Shown: positions 55,691 through 63,019 of the stretch, piece after piece
Numbering within the stretch: position 1 is the first letter of the stretch
Layout of the letters: every line of letters starts with the position of its first letter
Sequence record: PP892526.1
Source: Escherichia phage vB_EcoM_I14.1
Length of the DNA: 64,000 bases
Reading direction: 5' to 3' (one strand)
Notes under the pieces: model-generated
What the model was told of the DNA's origin: nothing
What the model saw: the letters and a program-made list of their open reading frames with translations, nothing else
Database searches by the model: none
Translations under genes and position numbers: made by a program

Positions 55691-56476
55691 ATGGGTATTG
55701 TAAAAATCATCAATGGGGATATCTTCTCCGCATTTGATAAAGGTAAGTTTGATATCATTGGTCACGGTTGCAACTGTATGAACTTAATGGGTGCAGGTAT
55801 CGCTGCCAAGATTTCTAAACTTTACCCAAAAGCATATGAGACCGATACAGAAGTTTATCTGTATGCAGGTGGTATAGGCCACAAACCCTGTGAAAATTTA
55901 CTAGGTAATTTCTCTGTAGCACGTTTAGAACAAGGCCGTATAGCTAACCTTTACACTCAGCTTAAGACTGGTAAAGATGCCCGATACAGTGCTTTAGAGT
56001 CATCTTTGAAACAGCTTAACAGATACTGTGAAGTCAATCAGTTGAAGAAAGTTGGGTTACCTATGATTGGTGCAGGTATCGGTGGACTAGACCCTCAAGC
56101 CGTCGCAGTTATCATTAATCAGGTGATGAAGAGTGTAGATGTGTATCTGTATGTCTACGAAGGCGAGATGTACCACAAGTTACGCTCAGGTTGGAAGAAC
56201 TACTGTGAACCAGAATACTTTGCAGGTGTAGTAATGTTCACAGATGATACAGTTACCCTCTTCAGACGAAGAAAAGGTAAGATACATCAAAGTAACCCTC
56301 CGGTTGAGAAGATGTCTCTAAGTAACGCTCTAGTTACCCACCTGTCGAAGAGCAATCACAGAATTGCAGTAACATTTGGCAGTGATGCAGATACATATAT
56401 CTATGCAAGAACTGATGAGGATGTTGAGGAAATTTTCTCTTCACCGGAAGTTACCTTCTTAGACGCAAAGAACTAA
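55691..56476 (+). CDS. macrodomain protein (TARG1/DarG-like ADP-ribose hydrolase candidate)
   Basis: N-terminus VKIINGDIFSAF...FDIIGHGCNCMNLMGAGIAAKI resembles recalled TARG1/OARD1 signature (CISEDCRMGAGIA). Confidence 0.5.
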   Translation: MGIVKIINGDIFSAFDKGKFDIIGHGCNCMNLMGAGIAAKISKLYPKAYETDTEVYLYAGGIGHKPCENLLGNFSVARLEQGRIANLYTQLKTGKDARYSALESSLKQLNRYCEVNQLKKVGLPMIGAGIGGLDPQAVAVIINQVMKSVDVYLYVYEGEMYHKLRSGWKNYCEPEYFAGVVMFTDDTVTLFRRRKGKIHQSNPPVEKMSLSNALVTHLSKSNHRIAVTFGSDADTYIYARTDEDVEEIFSSPEVTFLDAKN

Positions 56477-56539
56477 GAAACTCTGTAGAATATTCACAAT
56501 AGACTAAGCCTTTCTTATCTGGTAAATTTTTCAGGTAAG

Positions 56540-56760
56540 GAGGGCTTTTTCATTTCAGGATTGTGCAGGCAGAGTTCTGTAGAGAAATCTGTAGAGAAAA
56601 TTTTGAACTCCAAAGAGAAAATTCATTTTCAAACTGTGCAGGTAATCTCCAAAGAGCTTTTTCATTTTCAAAACGTGCAGACCCCGCTCAGGTCGGGCAA
56701 GAAAAATCATTTTAGAATTGTGCAGGTAGGTGGGTGCAGGTGGGGATGTCGCCATTTCTC
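56540..56760. repeat. cluster of 4-5 direct repeats with core (t)TCATTTtCA(a)a(a)TGTGCAGG
   Basis: Copies near 56548, 56620, 56662, 56705, plus gtgcagg again at 56735; ORF-free, upstream of first early promoter. Confidence 0.5.
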
Positions 56761-56904
56761 ACAAGGCTACCACATCTGGAAATAAAAGTCAACAGAAAAA
56801 TTTGTAGCGGATTGAAAAATAATTCTTGATTATAGTTCTGTTTTGTGGTAGTCGCGTGCGCCCGTTTCATTACAGTTTTTGCAAAAATATTTTTAAAATT
56901 TTTC

Positions 56905-56993
56905 TTGACTCTCTGACTATGGTTATTTAATATTTGCATCAACGGGGGGCGATGACCTCCCAGCTAACTAACCTTAAACTAGGAGATTCAAAA
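56905..56993 (+). promoter_or_regulatory. early promoter plus conserved leader hairpin and RBS (cassette 1)
   Basis: TTGACT-N17-TAATAT, then aacggggggcgatgacctccc hairpin, then ccttaaactaggagattcaaaaATG. Confidence 0.55.
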
Positions 56994-57374
56994 ATGGCTT
57001 ATCGTGCACCTAAATTCATCAACAAAGACAACTTTCGCAACGTACTGGAGAAGGCACTTGATGAAAAATTTAACGGTAAAATAATTGTTGTTCATGCGTT
57101 CAATTTCAAGTATGATATCAACGGGAATAAAATCAACCATTACACGGCAACCATGTTAGATGGTACGCTATCAAGTGAAAAAGCCGTACTGAATGCACTG
57201 GCAGGACGTGGTAAAAACCTGATAAAATGCGATAAGAGACGTTATCAGGGCGGCGCATATGGTTACGATGATGCTGTTTACCATCTTGAAAATATGGGCT
57301 ATTCAGTGGAAAAAGCTGGAATATCTCAAATAATCGGCAGTGACGGCTATGTGACAATTTTCAAAATTAACTGA
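56994..57374 (+). CDS. early small protein, hypothetical
   Basis: ATG behind conserved ccttaaactaggagattcaaaaATG; promoter 56905-56933 upstream (ORF track 56934). Confidence 0.45.
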   Translation: MAYRAPKFINKDNFRNVLEKALDEKFNGKIIVVHAFNFKYDINGNKINHYTATMLDGTLSSEKAVLNALAGRGKNLIKCDKRRYQGGAYGYDDAVYHLENMGYSVEKAGISQIIGSDGYVTIFKIN

Positions 57375-57376
57375 TA

Positions 57377-57462
57377 AAGTACTTTACAAGGGGCTTATAG
57401 TTCGATAAAGTAAGCCCCAGATAAAGAGCTTTACCACTAAATCCTAAATTGGAGATTCTAAA
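57377..57462 (+). promoter_or_regulatory. intergenic stem-loop + RBS cassette (hairpin type)
   Basis: gtactttacaaggggcttatagttcgataaagtaagccccagataaagagcttta ... ggagattctaaaATG. Confidence 0.5.
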
Positions 57463-57720
57463 ATGGCTATTATCAAAAACGTTGTAATTACTGCAAAAAC
57501 TCGTGATGACGCTCGCATTATGGCTAAAAAGTTATGCGGGAAAGTGATTGACAACGGAAAAAAATCTGCTGTAAGATGGGGCGTGAAAGCTGATAAGCAA
57601 CTAACCTTAAAACGTAATTCAAGCAACCTTTTTAAAGGTGTGGAAACACTTGGTAAAGTGAACGTATTCACTAAGCAAGGTTATAAAATGCACTTATCAT
57701 TAACTGGTAAATTAATCTGA
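57463..57720 (+). CDS. early small basic protein, hypothetical
   Basis: Conserved hairpin-RBS cassette upstream; Lys/Arg-rich 85 aa. Confidence 0.45.
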   Translation: MAIIKNVVITAKTRDDARIMAKKLCGKVIDNGKKSAVRWGVKADKQLTLKRNSSNLFKGVETLGKVNVFTKQGYKMHLSLTGKLI

Positions 57721-57810
57721 TAAAGTACTTTACAAGGGGCTTAAAAGCTGATATCTTAAGCCCCAGATAAAGAGCTTTACTACATTAACCTTAAACTAGG
57801 AGATTCAAAA
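57721..57810 (+). promoter_or_regulatory. intergenic stem-loop + RBS cassette (hairpin type)
   Basis: Same framework; stem ggggcttaa...ttaagcccc with different loop. Confidence 0.5.
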
Positions 57811-58323
57811 ATGAAAACTGTAGACGCTACCTTTGAAGTTGTAAAAGAAAAATTTTCCATCATTTACGAAGCTGTTAACTGCTACGAAGCAAGCCATAGC
57901 CTTGATAATTGGAAATTTACAGATAATCATCAAGGTGGCGTGACTATTAAAAACCCCAACTATCGTTATAATGCTTTTAAATATGCAATCCCTTTACATT
58001 ACAGCCTTAAACAGCTTTCGAGTGACTATGCAAAACAAGGCCGGGAAAACCCTTCAAAAGAGGCTTATATCAGCTTACAAAGAGAACTAGAAAGGGATTT
58101 AGAGGCTTCAGCATATAATATTGCCGCGAAAGTTGTGGATGCAAACGGTAAAACGGTTTTAGAAAGTTTTTATACTGGTTACGCTTTTGATTGGGCATAC
58201 AGTGACGGCGAAGATTTAGAGGATAGACTAAAAGAGGAGGTGAGCAATTCAGGCGCAGAATCTGAAGTATTAGAACGCTTGGAAGCATTAAAAGATTCAG
58301 TGATGAATATCTTTAAGAACTAA
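57811..58323 (+). CDS. early protein, hypothetical
   Basis: Conserved hairpin-RBS cassette upstream. Confidence 0.45.
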   Translation: MKTVDATFEVVKEKFSIIYEAVNCYEASHSLDNWKFTDNHQGGVTIKNPNYRYNAFKYAIPLHYSLKQLSSDYAKQGRENPSKEAYISLQRELERDLEASAYNIAAKVVDANGKTVLESFYTGYAFDWAYSDGEDLEDRLKEEVSNSGAESEVLERLEALKDSVMNIFKN

Positions 58324-58412
58324 ATAGATTTCTTTACACGGGGCTATCAAGCTGATAAGATAGCCCCAGATAAAGAGCTTTATTAACTAACCTTAAACTA
58401 GGAGACTCAAAA
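58324..58412 (+). promoter_or_regulatory. intergenic stem-loop + RBS cassette (hairpin type)
   Basis: Stem ggggctatc...gatagcccc (compensatory change), then agataaagagcttta and RBS. Confidence 0.5.
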
Positions 58413-58709
58413 ATGAAATTATCAAATAAAGTTAGGGAAAATCTAAGCAAGTTACTCAACAAAATTGATTTTATCGAGACATCAAGGAATAGTCATGATG
58501 TTATGGAATGGTTACACGGAAAAATCAAAGGCCGTCGTGTAGTGATTTGCTTATGGAATAGTTGCAGGGAATATAAAAAACCTGTATTACAAGTCAATAT
58601 CTATGATGATACTTTTAAAAGCCATGTAAAGTCTAAAAGTGATTTATTAGAATCCTATGAGATAACTGTAAATGGCAAAGTATCACGTAAAGAGGAAACA
58701 CCATGTTAA
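58413..58709 (+). CDS. early small protein, hypothetical
   Basis: Conserved hairpin-RBS cassette upstream. Confidence 0.45.
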   Translation: MKLSNKVRENLSKLLNKIDFIETSRNSHDVMEWLHGKIKGRRVVICLWNSCREYKKPVLQVNIYDDTFKSHVKSKSDLLESYEITVNGKVSRKEETPC

Positions 58710-59035
58710 TGACTGGTATCACTGCAATCATTGCCATTTTCGCGCTATATAAGGCATATAAAGCCTATAATCTAGCAAATAAGGCAATCACACAGCAGGT
58801 TAGCAATAGCCTTGTAGAAAGCTTTCTAGGGCGTCTCAGTGATGAGCAAATAAAGCGGTTAGAAATGAGCTTCAGATTTCAATCGAGAACTTATCAAATC
58901 AGCGACATTTTCAAAGATGATTTTCAGCTTGTCGATGATTATAACTCCCTGATAAATGCTTTAAATATCAGTGACTTAAAAGACTATTACGCTGTAATTG
59001 TCCAAGAATTGAGCAAACGAAAAAATTTATCTTGA
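58703..59035 (+). CDS. early membrane-anchored protein, hypothetical
   Basis: N-terminal hydrophobic helix ITAIIAIFALY; overlaps previous stop. Confidence 0.4.
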   Translation: MLMTGITAIIAIFALYKAYKAYNLANKAITQQVSNSLVESFLGRLSDEQIKRLEMSFRFQSRTYQISDIFKDDFQLVDDYNSLINALNISDLKDYYAVIVQELSKRKNLS

Positions 59036-59126
59036 TTTTGGTTTTTAAAACAAGTAAATTACTAATCAACGGGGAGGGAATGACCTTCCCCCACTAAATA
59101 AAGTCCTTAAACTAGGAGATTCAAAA
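59032..59126 (+). promoter_or_regulatory. early promoter plus conserved leader hairpin and RBS
   Basis: TTGATT-N17-TAAATT, aatcaacggggagggaatgaccttccccc, ccttaaactaggagattcaaaaATG. Confidence 0.55.
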
Positions 59127-59399
59127 ATGTATACTACTAACAATGGTCGCACTTTAAACGTAACCCTGCGCCACTATGTGAACGGTGTAATGCACTTCGA
59201 GGATTTACAAGCTGAACAACATATACTAGATTGGCAACTTGCAGGACTCCAAAAAACTGCTACCGGATACGGGAAAAAGATTCCAACTAGCTGGAAAGTA
59301 TACTACGAAGGACGTTTGCGCAGAATTTATCAAGATGTATGCAGCAATAGCGCATCAAGTTACATCATGGTAAAAGGTGAAAAATTACACTTAGCATAA
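59127..59399 (+). CDS. early small protein, hypothetical
   Basis: Promoter-leader cassette upstream (59032-59126). Confidence 0.45.
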   Translation: MYTTNNGRTLNVTLRHYVNGVMHFEDLQAEQHILDWQLAGLQKTATGYGKKIPTSWKVYYEGRLRRIYQDVCSNSASSYIMVKGEKLHLA

Positions 59400-59484
59400 A
59401 GTACTTTACAAGGGGCTTATAGTTCGATAAAGTAAGCCCCAGATAAAGAGCTTTATCACTCAATCCTAAATTGGAGATTCTAAA
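59400..59484 (+). promoter_or_regulatory. intergenic stem-loop + RBS cassette (hairpin type)
   Basis: Near-identical to 57377-57462. Confidence 0.5.
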
Positions 59485-59889
59485 ATGGCTATTAATAATC
59501 GTGAGTTATCAATCTTAAAAGCACGTTTGACCGTTAACCGGATTAATGTTATTACATCATCAGCACCTGATGAGACATTGCACAACATTATCGGGAAGAT
59601 TCAAAGTGTTATCTTAGACGTTGAAAGCGTAAAAAACTCACTGGCTGACGTTGCAGCAGGTATCACGCTAGACGGTGCACAATATGAAATGGCTGACATG
59701 TTAGGCAAATCTAAGGTAATGAATAAAGAGCTTGATTTAAAAATGTTCCGCTTTGCCGTGAAAGTGTGGCTATCTGTCGAGTATGACGCAAATTTTGCAA
59801 TCGCTGACTTTTTCGCAACATGGTTGCAACGTAATTTAACAAATCATGATTTTCGTGATATCTGCGACGTAATTTACGCAGAACTTTAA
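59485..59889 (+). CDS. early protein, hypothetical
   Basis: Hairpin-RBS cassette upstream. Confidence 0.45.
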   Translation: MAINNRELSILKARLTVNRINVITSSAPDETLHNIIGKIQSVILDVESVKNSLADVAAGITLDGAQYEMADMLGKSKVMNKELDLKMFRFAVKVWLSVEYDANFAIADFFATWLQRNLTNHDFRDICDVIYAEL

Positions 59890-59898
59890 AAATTTCTC

Positions 59899-59992
59899 TT
59901 GATTTTGGTTTTTAAAACAAGTAAATTATTAATCAACGGGGAGGGAATGACCTTCCCCACTAAGTAAAGTCCTTAAACTAGGAGATTCAAAA
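59899..59992 (+). promoter_or_regulatory. early promoter plus conserved leader hairpin and RBS
   Basis: TTGATT-N17-TAAATT plus leader; ~95% identical to 59032-59126. Confidence 0.55.
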
Positions 59993-60196
59993 ATGGCTAT
60001 TATTAACGGCTTAAACATTGAAACTACTCACATCAAAGATATCAAAGTTGGTGATATAGTCCTTTTTCACGGCGTAGAAAAAACCGTCACTGAAAAGGAT
60101 ATCAAGGAGGATTCATTCATGGGCCGGACTCTCTTCGGTGATTCCTATTGCTTAGGTTACCTTGCAGTTTTAAAAGTTGTCAAAAATAACCGTTAA
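59993..60196 (+). CDS. early small protein, hypothetical
   Basis: Promoter-leader cassette upstream (59899-59992). Confidence 0.45.
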   Translation: MAIINGLNIETTHIKDIKVGDIVLFHGVEKTVTEKDIKEDSFMGRTLFGDSYCLGYLAVLKVVKNNR

Positions 60197-60282
60197 AGTA
60201 CTTTACAAGGGGCTTATAGTTCGATAAAGTAAGCCCCAGATAAAGAGCTTTACCACATTAATCCTAAACTGGAGATTCAAAA
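60197..60282 (+). promoter_or_regulatory. intergenic stem-loop + RBS cassette (hairpin type)
   Basis: Near-identical to 57377-57462. Confidence 0.5.
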
Positions 60283-60825
60283 ATGAAATGCTTTCACGGT
60301 ACTACTCAAGAAAACTTCGTCAACCTGATTAATAACGGTGATAAACCATCAGGCGCATGGAATTGTTCGGATATGGATGGCAATTTTTACGTTTATCCAG
60401 AAAATAAAATCTATGGCGACGATGAGGAAGAAATAATCTCTGAAGGCATTCAACAAGCTTTAGGTAATGCCACTATAACGGCAGCTTTTCAGATGAAAAC
60501 TCAAAACATTGTTATCTTGGAACTTGATATTCCAGAAGATGAGTTGAATGATGATTATTCTTGTGATAATATGTCGAGTGTGGCAAGTTTTACAGAGTAT
60601 TTTGATATAAGCTGGATTAAAAAGGTTTATATCACTGAATTTAATGCTATGTTTTCACCTTTTTGTCTTCCTTCACTGGATAACCCGAACTTAAACTATC
60701 TTGATGAGTCTCTGGAACTTCTCGCTAAAAGTGTTCAGCAATCGGACAGTATTCAGGTTTTTTGTGACATCATGGATACACTAACAGGAAACATTGCAGA
60801 AGAGGATTTGAAGAGTTTTTTCTAA
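60283..60825 (+). CDS. early acidic protein, hypothetical (N-terminal FHGT motif)
   Basis: Hairpin-RBS cassette upstream; FHGT at residues 4-7; acidic. Confidence 0.4.
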   Translation: MKCFHGTTQENFVNLINNGDKPSGAWNCSDMDGNFYVYPENKIYGDDEEEIISEGIQQALGNATITAAFQMKTQNIVILELDIPEDELNDDYSCDNMSSVASFTEYFDISWIKKVYITEFNAMFSPFCLPSLDNPNLNYLDESLELLAKSVQQSDSIQVFCDIMDTLTGNIAEEDLKSFF

Positions 60826-60851
60826 AAACCTATGCAATCACCTTATAAACA

Positions 60852-60878
60852 CTGATTAGCCCCTCACAGGGGCTTTTA
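60852..60878 (+). terminator. hairpin terminator candidate inside early array
   Basis: agcccctc-aca-ggggct followed by ttta. Confidence 0.4.
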
Positions 60879-60891
60879 GGAGGCTTTAATC

Positions 60892-61125
60892 ATGCTTACA
60901 ACCATTTACCTCATCCTTTCTATCTGTAATGGTCATTCGTGTGACTTTAAAGGGCTTGAAGAGTTTACAGGAAGTAAAGAAAATGCTATTCAAGTGTGCC
61001 AGATAGCAAGGCAAGACTATCCCGCCAGTGATGATATACAATGTTACTTTAAGACAGAAGATGAAGACGGTGTCTATTTTGACAGCGTAGACGGTCAATA
61101 TGAAATTATCATTGAAAAAGACTAG
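60892..61125 (+). CDS. early small protein with hydrophobic N-terminus
   Basis: RBS aggagg; terminator-like hairpin upstream. Confidence 0.35.
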   Translation: MLTTIYLILSICNGHSCDFKGLEEFTGSKENAIQVCQIARQDYPASDDIQCYFKTEDEDGVYFDSVDGQYEIIIEKD

Positions 61126-61214
61126 ACAAGCCTGATAAAAGTCTGTAAATTGTCAATCAACGGGAGGTAATAACCTCCCCACTAAGTAAAGTCCTTAAAC
61201 TAGGAGATTCAAAA
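61124..61214 (+). promoter_or_regulatory. early promoter (weaker -35) plus conserved leader hairpin and RBS
   Basis: TAGACA-N17-TAAATT, gtcaatcaacgggaggtaataacctcccc leader. Confidence 0.45.
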
Positions 61215-61556
61215 ATGGCTTATGTAACCGTAATTACCGACAAAGCTGGCTCATCTTGGTCAACTCAAGTAAGCGATAAGATGTCACCTATGAAGTGCCT
61301 AAAATACTTTGAGCAATGGAACAAAGGCGAGGATGTCAGCCCCTTTCAAGTGATGCAGATTATCCATACAGATAACGAAGGGAATAAAACTGTTTTGAAT
61401 AGTGAGTACTACGCAACCCGATTTGAAACGAGATGTAAAGCAATGAAGCTTTTGCGTGAGTCTGGTTATTCTCATATTGCCTCACTAATCTGGGATGACC
61501 TGCTAAAAAATCAGCGTATCAGCTATGTAAAACCTGAAAAAATATTCATCAGTTAA
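61215..61556 (+). CDS. early small protein, hypothetical
   Basis: Promoter-leader cassette upstream. Confidence 0.45.
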   Translation: MAYVTVITDKAGSSWSTQVSDKMSPMKCLKYFEQWNKGEDVSPFQVMQIIHTDNEGNKTVLNSEYYATRFETRCKAMKLLRESGYSHIASLIWDDLLKNQRISYVKPEKIFIS

Positions 61557-61685
61557 TCAACAACTTACAAAAAACTTTTAAAAAGATGTTGACAATCCCT
61601 CTTGACATTGGTAACTTTGTTCGAGGGGGTTTATCTAAAAGGGATTAACTTAAAAGATTCTTTATAGATAAACTTAAAAAATTGC

Positions 61686-61780
61686 TTGCAATCAACTATC
61701 AAAACAAGTAAATTACTAATCAACGGGAGGGATAACCCCCCCCCCACTAAATAAAGTCCTTAAACTAGGAGATTCAAAAA
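61686..61780 (+). promoter_or_regulatory. early promoter plus leader containing a C10 homopolymer
   Basis: TTGCAA-N17-TAAATT; leader gggagggataacccccccccc with C-run at 61736-61745. Confidence 0.5.
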
Positions 61781-62311
61781 ATGAACAAGTTCAAAGCTAT
61801 CAACTTCATTCGTTCAAATAGTGTTATGTCAAAGCCTGTTAAAGATACCTATGAATTTCGTTGCAATGGGGTGCATTTTGCAACCATTACCAAATCAGAA
61901 AACGGAGCTTATTACATCCATCGCCGTAATGTTGCAACCGTTGTTGTCTCTCACTTTATGCAAGCTGTCGCGGAACTTCTCCCGATGTTTTTAGGGCTTT
62001 ACTTGGATGAGTGTAAAAACGTTCACAATCACGTTAAAAACCTTTTAAACAGTTATAAAATGGCTTATGAACGTTCTATCAAGTCCTTAAACAAGTTTTA
62101 CAACGCACCTAAAAATACTGTATCAATGGCCTACGATGTAAATGGTGAGGCGGTGAGTCTCTTTGAAGTGGAAGAAATCAAGCTGCATGATTTACGCCCT
62201 AGCGGTGACTCTAAGACTCTCGGTGAAGGTTTAACGTTCAATATCAAGAACTTAGAGAAAACTTTAAAAGATATTGAAAAAGATATTGACGAGACAACCA
62301 AAAATCTGTAA
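61781..62311 (+). CDS. early protein, hypothetical
   Basis: Promoter-leader cassette upstream (61686-61780). Confidence 0.45.
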   Translation: MNKFKAINFIRSNSVMSKPVKDTYEFRCNGVHFATITKSENGAYYIHRRNVATVVVSHFMQAVAELLPMFLGLYLDECKNVHNHVKNLLNSYKMAYERSIKSLNKFYNAPKNTVSMAYDVNGEAVSLFEVEEIKLHDLRPSGDSKTLGEGLTFNIKNLEKTLKDIEKDIDETTKNL

Positions 62312-62376
62312 ATTGTCAATCAACGGGAGGGAATGACCTTCCCCACTAAGTAAAGTCCTAAACTGGAGTTATCAAG
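62296..62376 (+). promoter_or_regulatory. early promoter plus conserved leader hairpin and RBS
   Basis: TTGACG-N17-TAAATT, gtcaatcaacgggagggaatgaccttcccc. Confidence 0.5.
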
Positions 62377-62640
62377 ATGGAAAACGTAGAATTAACCGCA
62401 CTATTGCAGATTGCAACTGATAAAGAGGATGTAGCACTGTTCCACCGCATTGAAAGCGATTTGTTCAATGGTGAAATCATTAAAGAATCTTACGAAGTTG
62501 TCGGATTCAAAGATGGTAAATCATTTGGATTCTTTGACCTCGACAAAGGCAAAGCGGTTACAAAATATGATGTTTTATCTTGTGAGATTCTGACAAAATA
62601 CAACGAAAAAAGGCTTGCAACATACGACAACATGCAGTAA
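62377..62640 (+). CDS. early small protein, hypothetical
   Basis: Promoter-leader cassette upstream (variant RBS ctggagttatcaag). Confidence 0.4.
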   Translation: MENVELTALLQIATDKEDVALFHRIESDLFNGEIIKESYEVVGFKDGKSFGFFDLDKGKAVTKYDVLSCEILTKYNEKRLATYDNMQ

Positions 62641-62706
62641 ATTACTAATCAACGGGGAGGGATAACCTCCCCACTAAGTAAAGTCCTTAAACTAGGAGAT
62701 TCAAAA
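62641..62706 (+). promoter_or_regulatory. conserved leader hairpin and RBS (promoter -35 weak)
   Basis: taaattactaatcaacggggagggataacctcccc ... ccttaaactaggagattcaaaaATG. Confidence 0.45.
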
Positions 62707-62955
62707 ATGGCAACTATCCGCGCAACTGTCAATGCTTATGGCTGTTATACTCTGGACGTTAAATTTGATATTGGTGGAACTGATGAGTGTTTTTCATTAG
62801 TGAAGACAGTTATCAAGCAAGTTATCCCAGATTATAACCCTACTGATGACTTCTGGAAAGATGCTGTAAAAGAGGCATTAAACGACGAGCATCACTATCA
62901 TTACTGGGGTGACTTGATTATCTCACTGTACTACAATAAACAAGGTTACAACTAA
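62707..62955 (+). CDS. early small protein, hypothetical
   Basis: Leader cassette upstream; last ORF before strong terminator. Confidence 0.45.
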   Translation: MATIRATVNAYGCYTLDVKFDIGGTDECFSLVKTVIKQVIPDYNPTDDFWKDAVKEALNDEHHYHYWGDLIISLYYNKQGYN

Positions 62956-62961
62956 TCGCCG

Positions 62962-63017
62962 CAACGGGGCTAAATAGCCCCAGATACCTTCACAGCCCCA
63001 TTTAAGGGGCTTTTTTA
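62962..63017 (+). terminator. tandem hairpins with T-run; strong intrinsic terminator closing the early array
   Basis: ggggct-aaat-agcccc, then agcccc-attta-aggggct followed by TTTTTT. Confidence 0.65.
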
Positions 63018-63019
63018 CG

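Noticed and set aside
56555-56785. Two overlapping ORFs (56555..56755 minus, 56561..56785 plus) in the TGTGCAGG repeat region
   Set aside because: No RBS, mutually overlapping on opposite strands, and built from the direct repeats; treated as non-coding.
57377-57462. Hairpin-type intergenic elements as simple Rho-independent terminators
   Set aside because: The GC-rich stem is followed by agataaagagcttta rather than a U-tract, unlike the clear terminators elsewhere in this genome (e.g. 15288-15317, 62962-63017).
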